A DNA stretch of 64,000 nucleotides, taken from Rickettsiales bacterium (GTDB lineage Bacteria > Pseudomonadota > Alphaproteobacteria > Rickettsiales > UBA998). This document shows, piece by piece, positions 58,549-64,000 of the stretch. The stretch lies in NCBI GenBank assembly GCA_041749475.1, contig JBGTBD010000040.1, positions 511-64,510 of the forward strand, read 5' to 3'. Position 1 is the stretch's first letter, and every line of letters starts with the position of its first letter. A program made the position numbers and the translations under genes. The notes beneath the pieces were generated by a model. That model searched no databases, was not told the origin of the DNA, and was given only the letters and a program-made list of their open reading frames with translations.

Positions 58549-59334
58549 ATGCACGACATTGTCGCTATCATCGTGACGTATAACAGTCCGCTCGATGGGG
58601 TGCAGAAAGCCGTGGAGAGCTTCCTCGCCACCCCGCTCGATGTGCAGTTGATGATCGTCGATAATAATTCCGGGGCGGGATATTTTTCTCATCTTCAAGC
58701 ACTCGCGAATGAACGCGTCACCATCCTCTCATCCGGCGATAATCGCGGCTTCGGTGCGGGAAATAATTTCGGGCTGCTACGCGCACCTAACTGCCGTTAC
58801 CTGCTATTCCTGAACCCGGATGTCGTCGTCCACGAAGGCACGCTTGAAACACTGACCACTTACATGGACTCCCACCCCGATGTCGGTGTATCCACCCCGA
58901 AAGTCTTCTACGAGAACGGCGATCTCCAGCCGCTGAACAAGCGTGACCCAAAGGTGGTCGACTTGTTCCTCCGCCGCTTCATGCCTCCGTTCATCCAGGA
59001 ATTGCCACTTTTCAAACGCCACATGGAGCGCTACATGATGCTCGATGTCGGCTATGAAAAAGAATGTGACGTGGAGTTTGTCACGGGATGTTTCATGTTC
59101 TTCCGCAAATCCATCCTCGACCGTATCGGCGGTTTCGACGACCGATTCTTCATGTATCTGGAGGACGCCGACATCACCCGCCGCACGCGTGAACTCGCCC
59201 GCGCGGTCTATATCCCTTCGGCCAGCATCACCCATAGCTGGCGGCGCGGCTCGCATAAAAGCATTCGCCTGCTACTGGTGATGTGCCATTCGATGACCGT
59301 CTATTTCAACAAATGGGGCTGGAAATGGTGGTGA
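58549..59334 (+). CDS. GT2 glycosyltransferase (probable rhamnosyltransferase)
   Basis: IIVTYN, VDNNS, NRGFGAGNN, LNPD, GFDDRFFMYLEDAD. Confidence 0.9.
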   Translation: MHDIVAIIVTYNSPLDGVQKAVESFLATPLDVQLMIVDNNSGAGYFSHLQALANERVTILSSGDNRGFGAGNNFGLLRAPNCRYLLFLNPDVVVHEGTLETLTTYMDSHPDVGVSTPKVFYENGDLQPLNKRDPKVVDLFLRRFMPPFIQELPLFKRHMERYMMLDVGYEKECDVEFVTGCFMFFRKSILDRIGGFDDRFFMYLEDADITRRTRELARAVYIPSASITHSWRRGSHKSIRLLLVMCHSMTVYFNKWGWKWW

Positions 59335-60278
59335 CCCCGCTGACCATCCTCGTGACCGGCGCCAACGGCTTCATCGGCCAGCACCTCTGCGCACTACTCA
59401 CTGCCCAAGGCCACACCGTCCGTCGCGCCGTGCGGAAATCCGATGGCCAACCCAACACCTTCGCCACTGACCGCATCAACGGCAATACGGACTGGCGGGA
59501 GGCGGTGAAGGGGGCAGACGCTGTCGTCCATCTCGCTGCGCGGGTGCATGTACTGCGTGAACGGGACGACGTGCCACTCGCCCGCTTCCGCCGCACTAAC
59601 GTTGAAGCCACGCGTAACCTCGCCCTTCAAGCTGCCGCTGAAGGGGTGAAGCGCTTTGTCTTCCTCAGCACGATTGGGGTGCATGGAGTCAAGACCGAAG
59701 GGCGCGGTTTCCGTGAGGACGACCCGCTGCTTCCGGTCAATGACTACGCCTTCTCTAAGGTAGAAGCCGAACTGGTAATGCGCGACATCACGCTGGAGAC
59801 GGGTATGGAAACCGTCATCCTCCGCCCGCCCTTGGTATACGGCCCCGGTGTGAAAGCGAATTTCTTAAAGCTCATGCAGGCAGTGGAGAAGGGGATTCCG
59901 CTGCCACTAGGAAGCATTAGGAATAAGCGCGACATGCTCTATGTTGGTAATCTGGCGGATGCCATTAGCCGATCCATCACCCACCCCAATGCAGCGGGGG
60001 AAACCTTCCTTGTGGCGGACGGGCATGCCGTCTCCACGCCGGAATTAATCCGCGGGGTCGGCGCATATATCTGCCGTCCGGCCCGCCTGCTACCGTTACC
60101 GCCGCGTATGCTGTCGCTCATCGGACGCATCCTCGGCAAGTGTGACACGGTCTATCGCCTGACCGGATCACTGGAGGTCGATATCACGAAAATAAAGCAA
60201 ACACTTGACTGGCAGCCGCCTTATGCGTTTGATGAGGGCCTGAAAGCCACCGCCGAGTGGTACCGGAGCCGGGAATAA
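59325..60278 (+). CDS. NAD-dependent sugar epimerase/dehydratase
   Basis: TGANGFIG, HLAARVH, YAFSK, RPPLVYGPGVKANF. Confidence 0.9.
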   Translation: MVVTPLTILVTGANGFIGQHLCALLTAQGHTVRRAVRKSDGQPNTFATDRINGNTDWREAVKGADAVVHLAARVHVLRERDDVPLARFRRTNVEATRNLALQAAAEGVKRFVFLSTIGVHGVKTEGRGFREDDPLLPVNDYAFSKVEAELVMRDITLETGMETVILRPPLVYGPGVKANFLKLMQAVEKGIPLPLGSIRNKRDMLYVGNLADAISRSITHPNAAGETFLVADGHAVSTPELIRGVGAYICRPARLLPLPPRMLSLIGRILGKCDTVYRLTGSLEVDITKIKQTLDWQPPYAFDEGLKATAEWYRSRE

Positions 60279-60391
60279 TAAATTTTCGTCGTCGCCCGAA
60301 TCGCATTGCGAATATAGGGCGATCCAGAAAAAAACATAGATTCCCCTATAATTTTGCCGTAAGCAAAATTCGGGGAATGACGAGGAAAAAA

Positions 60392-61261
60392 ATGTCCAAC
60401 ATCCGCTATGTGAACGGCCAATATGTCCATGCGCGCGAGGCGTTCGTCTCGATGGAAGACCGCGGCTACCAGTTCGCCGACGGTATCTACGAAGTGCTGG
60501 TATTCTATGGTCGCAAATTCGTCGATGAAGCGCTGCATCTGAAACGCCTGACACGCTCGCTGAGGGAACTGCGTATCGACGCGCCGATGTCCTCGAAAGC
60601 GCTTGCTTTAGTGATGAAAGAACTCGTCCGCCGTAACCAGCGGGAGGACGGCGTGCTCTATATCCAGGTCACGCGCGGCGTCGCACCCCGCAATCACCCA
60701 TTCCCTACTAGCGCCGTGAGACCCGCACTGACCATGGCCGTCATGCCCCTCAAGCTACCCAAAAAAGAAGAGGTGGAAAAAGGCGTACCCGTCGTCTCCT
60801 ACCCCGACCTGCGCTGGAAACGCTGCGACATCAAATCCATCGCCCTGCTGCCCAACATCCTCGCCAAGCAACATGCGGTGGAGAAGAAGGCGCGTGAAGT
60901 GCTGCTGGTCAACGACAAGGGCATCGTCACCGAAGGCTGCCATTCCAATGTCTATATCGTCAAGAAAGGCGCGGTCATCACCCACCCGGTGGCGGACGAC
61001 ATCTTGAACGGCGTCCGCCGTCAGGTATTGACCGAGCTCTGCAAGAAAATGAAAGTCTCCTTCACCGAAAAGCACTTTACGCTGAAAGAGGTGATGGCGG
61101 CGGACGAAGTCTTCCTCTCCAGCGCCACGACGATGGTGCTGCCGGTGACCTCCATCGACGGCAAGAAAATCGGCAAAGGTATGCCCGGCACAGTGACGAA
61201 ACAACTCCTGGCGCATTATAAATCCGCCGTAACCAAACAAACGGGAAAACAATGGGACTGA
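60392..61261 (+). CDS. dat: D-amino-acid transaminase
   Basis: EDRGYQFADGIYEV, RGVAPRNHPFP, RCDIKS, EG..SN, IL.G. Confidence 0.92.
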   Translation: MSNIRYVNGQYVHAREAFVSMEDRGYQFADGIYEVLVFYGRKFVDEALHLKRLTRSLRELRIDAPMSSKALALVMKELVRRNQREDGVLYIQVTRGVAPRNHPFPTSAVRPALTMAVMPLKLPKKEEVEKGVPVVSYPDLRWKRCDIKSIALLPNILAKQHAVEKKAREVLLVNDKGIVTEGCHSNVYIVKKGAVITHPVADDILNGVRRQVLTELCKKMKVSFTEKHFTLKEVMAADEVFLSSATTMVLPVTSIDGKKIGKGMPGTVTKQLLAHYKSAVTKQTGKQWD

Positions 61262-61923
61262 CCAAACCGAAAGCCGTACTCTTCGACTGGGATAACACGC
61301 TGGTCAACACCTGGCCGATCATCTTCCAAGCACTGAAGGACACGTTCGACGAATATAAGATGACGCCGTGGACGCTGGAGCAGGTGAAAGCCAAGGTCGC
61401 CCGCTCAATGCGGGACGCGTTCCCCGAACTGTTCGGCCCCAACTGGGAAGAGGCGGGACAACGCTACCAGACCAAATACCGCAAATACCATATCGCGCAA
61501 CTGGAGCCGCTGGTCGGTGTCGATACGCTGCTGAGCTTGCTCGAAGAATCCGGCCTCCCCGTCGCCATCGTCAGCAACAAGAAGAACACCAACTTACGCG
61601 AAGAAGTCACCCACTTGGGCTGGGACGATCATTTCGACGTCCTCGTCGGCTCCGGTGACGCCGAAGAAGACAAACCCCACCCCGCGCCCATCTTCCTCGC
61701 CTTGAAACAGATGGGTCTTGAGCCCAGCCCCGACATCTGGTTCATCGGCGACAGCCATGTAGACCTCGAAGCCGCCAAGAACGCCGGCCTCACCCCCATT
61801 TTCTACGGTGACGGTGAGATCACGGAAGACGACCAAGGCAACAAATGCCACCGCGGCCACGCCATGCACCACCATGTGCTAGATCATGACGCGCTGGTGA
61901 CGTTGATTAGGACGTATATTTAA
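61252..61923 (+). CDS. HAD family hydrolase (phosphoglycolate phosphatase-like)
   Basis: FDWDNTL, SNK, KPHP, IGDS..D. Confidence 0.9.
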   Translation: MGLTKPKAVLFDWDNTLVNTWPIIFQALKDTFDEYKMTPWTLEQVKAKVARSMRDAFPELFGPNWEEAGQRYQTKYRKYHIAQLEPLVGVDTLLSLLEESGLPVAIVSNKKNTNLREEVTHLGWDDHFDVLVGSGDAEEDKPHPAPIFLALKQMGLEPSPDIWFIGDSHVDLEAAKNAGLTPIFYGDGEITEDDQGNKCHRGHAMHHHVLDHDALVTLIRTYI

Positions 61924-61932
61924 TGTTACATT

Positions 61933-61998
61933 TGTCACCCCGTCGCATGACGGGGTCTGGTGTGCAATACCGGATGCCGTCTCATCCGACGGCATGAC
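61933..61998. repeat. Palindromic doublet element, copy 3 of 3
   Basis: TGTCACCCCGTCGCATGACGGGGTCTGG...CCGGATGCCGTCTCATCCGACGGCATGAC between convergent genes. Confidence 0.85.
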
Positions 61999-62006
61999 GC
62001 ACAATC

Positions 62007-63146
62007 TTAATGCTTCTTCTGCTTCAACTGCTCCAGCGCCGCATTCGCGTCTCCAAACCGTCCCTGTAACGCATCCCACTGGTCAGTGCGCATGAAGCCG
62101 ATCCATTCGCGTAACGTGCGCTCAAACCCGTCCAGCAACGTCGCCACTTGTCCATAGGCGTTGGAGATGCGCTCGATGTCTGTCTCCGGCGAGGTCTGCA
62201 CCACGTCGGTCATGTCGCGGAACCCTTGGCCTGCATAGCGTGCAAATTTTTCGTCTTCCTTACGCTCGGTCAGCGCCACGGTGCTGATGAGGCAGGAGGC
62301 GATGACGCGCGGGAGGAGCTCGGTCGCCGCGTCCGGGTCGGTAATGGCTTCCGTATCCTCTGGCGCGCCGCTGGTCAGTTCGGTGACGATATGCCCCAGC
62401 ACGAACACGAAATGCTCAATGGCTTCCAGCACGGCGGAGCGGTTATGCTGGAGGATATCCACCCATAAGGCCGGCGATGACCCGGCGATGCGCAGGAACG
62501 GCGCCAACGTTGCAGGCAGACTGGACGTATGCTGCACCAGCGTCAACGCCACCGCGAAGGCCGTCACCTGTGGCAGGTGGGACATATAGGCATAGATATG
62601 GTCATGCAGGGCAGCATCCATCCCCTCGCACTGCCCGCCCATGCTTTCCCAGAAGCGGATGACGGCGGCGGTCTCTTCCGGCTTATCCTCACGGTACGGC
62701 GTCAGGATGATACGCCGATGCAGGAACAACCCCGACTTCCCCGACCCCGCGCCGGATTTCTCACTTCCCGCGATAGGGTGGCAGGGAATGAACGTGGCCT
62801 GCGGTGATAAGTTCGCGGCCAGCGTAACGATGGCATGTTGTTTCACCGACCCCGTATCGATCAGCAAGCCGTGTTCTTTCATCAGCCGTGGCAACTCGGG
62901 TGAAAGCCCCGCGAAGGTGCGCGGCGGCGTGGCGACGATCACGAGATCGGCCTTATCCACGCAATACTCTATCGACGGAAAATATGTATCGAGCAACTGG
63001 TGGTCGCGCATGCGCTCCCCCGCTGACGAGTCGGGGTCGATGCCGATGACGGTCTTCGCCAGCCGGTGCGTACGGATGTCATGCACCAGCGAGGAGCCGA
63101 TTAGCCCAAGGCCGATGACGGTGATGGTATCGAACATCTCAGCCAT
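62007..63146 (-). CDS. tyrA: Prephenate/cyclohexadienyl dehydrogenase with extended C-terminus
   Basis: GLGLIGSS, DTGSVK, HPIAGSEKSG, HD...SHLP; follows hisC. Confidence 0.9.
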   Translation of the reverse strand: MAEMFDTITVIGLGLIGSSLVHDIRTHRLAKTVIGIDPDSSAGERMRDHQLLDTYFPSIEYCVDKADLVIVATPPRTFAGLSPELPRLMKEHGLLIDTGSVKQHAIVTLAANLSPQATFIPCHPIAGSEKSGAGSGKSGLFLHRRIILTPYREDKPEETAAVIRFWESMGGQCEGMDAALHDHIYAYMSHLPQVTAFAVALTLVQHTSSLPATLAPFLRIAGSSPALWVDILQHNRSAVLEAIEHFVFVLGHIVTELTSGAPEDTEAITDPDAATELLPRVIASCLISTVALTERKEDEKFARYAGQGFRDMTDVVQTSPETDIERISNAYGQVATLLDGFERTLREWIGFMRTDQWDALQGRFGDANAALEQLKQKKH

Positions 63147-64000
63147 GATGCAGCTTCGTAAGTGCCGCTAGCATCAACTGATTCTCCTCTGCCGTGCCGA
63201 TGGAGATGCGTATATGCTCCGGCAGCCCATACGCCACCACGTCGCGCACGAAAATCCCCGCCTCTGCCAACCCGCTGACGATGCGGGACGCCGCTTCCGC
63301 GCTTCCCACATGCACCAGCACAAAATTCCCTGCGCTGGGGACGACGGTGAAGCCGAGTTTTTCTAACGCATCACCCACAACGTCACGTTGCTCCGTATTC
63401 AAGCGGCGCTGTTCGGCGACATACGCCTGATCCTCCATTGCCGCGACCCCGGCGGTCTGCCCTGCGCCGGAGGTATTGAACGGCCCGCGCACACGGTGCA
63501 ACACATCGCATACCTGCTTCGGCCCATACATCCACCCCAGCCGCAGCGACGGCAATCCGTAAATCTTGGAGAAGGTGCGGAGCATCACCACATTGGTTGA
63601 ATCCTTGACGATGTTCTTGCCCGAAAGCGCGTCGCCATCCTTCAGATATTCCGCATACGCCCCGTCGATGGCGAGGATGATGTCTTCGCGCAGTCCCGCG
63701 CGTAAACGTTTCAATTCACTTTCCGGCAATAGCGTTCCGGTCGGGTTATTCGGGTTGGCGAGGAACACGAGTTTCGTGCGCGGCGTAACGGCGGCGATCA
63801 ACGCATCAACATCCGCATGCAGATTTTTCTCAGGCGCAGTAACCGGCGTCGCCCCAGCACCGAGCGCGTAAATCTTATACATCAGGAACCCGTGCTGGCT
63901 ATAGAGCACCTCATCCCCCGGCCCGGCATAGGCATGTACCAAAAGTCCGATGATCTCATCCGACCCAGCACCGCAGACGATGCGCTCAGCTTCGATGCCA
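63139..64000 (-). CDS. hisC: Histidinol-phosphate aminotransferase (5' end outside window)
   Basis: GAGSDE, ANPNNPTG, D.AY.EY, RTFSKIYGL..LRLG. Confidence 0.95.
   Translation of the reverse strand, partial: GIEAERIVCGAGSDEIIGLLVHAYAGPGDEVLYSQHGFLMYKIYALGAGATPVTAPEKNLHADVDALIAAVTPRTKLVFLANPNNPTGTLLPESELKRLRAGLREDIILAIDGAYAEYLKDGDALSGKNIVKDSTNVVMLRTFSKIYGLPSLRLGWMYGPKQVCDVLHRVRGPFNTSGAGQTAGVAAMEDQAYVAEQRRLNTEQRDVVGDALEKLGFTVVPSAGNFVLVHVGSAEAASRIVSGLAEAGIFVRDVVAYGLPEHIRISIGTAEENQLMLAALTKLHHG

Noticed and set aside
51829-61998. Recurring palindromes considered as a CRISPR array or attC sites
   Set aside because: Copies are kilobases apart with no regular spacers, cas genes or integron integrase, and they flank core genes.

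Overview
Chromosomal window from an alphaproteobacterium, inferred from the F0-only atpI-B-E-F'-F operon, maeB, type-B rpmJ and a CtrA-type box. Housekeeping genes include mug (partial), htpX, mutS, maeB, mnmC, tRNA-Gly(GCC), ExbB-ExbD-ExbD-TonB, the rml (dTDP-rhamnose) genes, dat, tyrA and hisC (partial). It also carries a full chemosensory operon linked to a partner-switching module. Five things stand out. (1) An ~11 kb accessory block (39.2-50.2 kb) beside tRNA-Gly holds a QseBC/PmrAB-like two-component system. Its probable operator (CTTCAG-N5-CTTCAG) precedes both a cryptic 'thermostable hemolysin'/AMP-ligase/heme-oxygenase-like diiron enzyme/SDR/TPR operon and an orphan cmoA + ICMT-type membrane transferase pair. 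(2) Several families of short palindromic elements occur; one copy is inserted in frame inside rfbD. (3) Two tandem secreted beta-helix proteins share an unrecognised N-terminal domain. (4) A MshEN-GT2 glycosyltransferase is paired with an outer-membrane barrel. (5) TyrA appears to have a duplicated dimerisation domain. All calls come from reading motifs by eye; no database searches were run.
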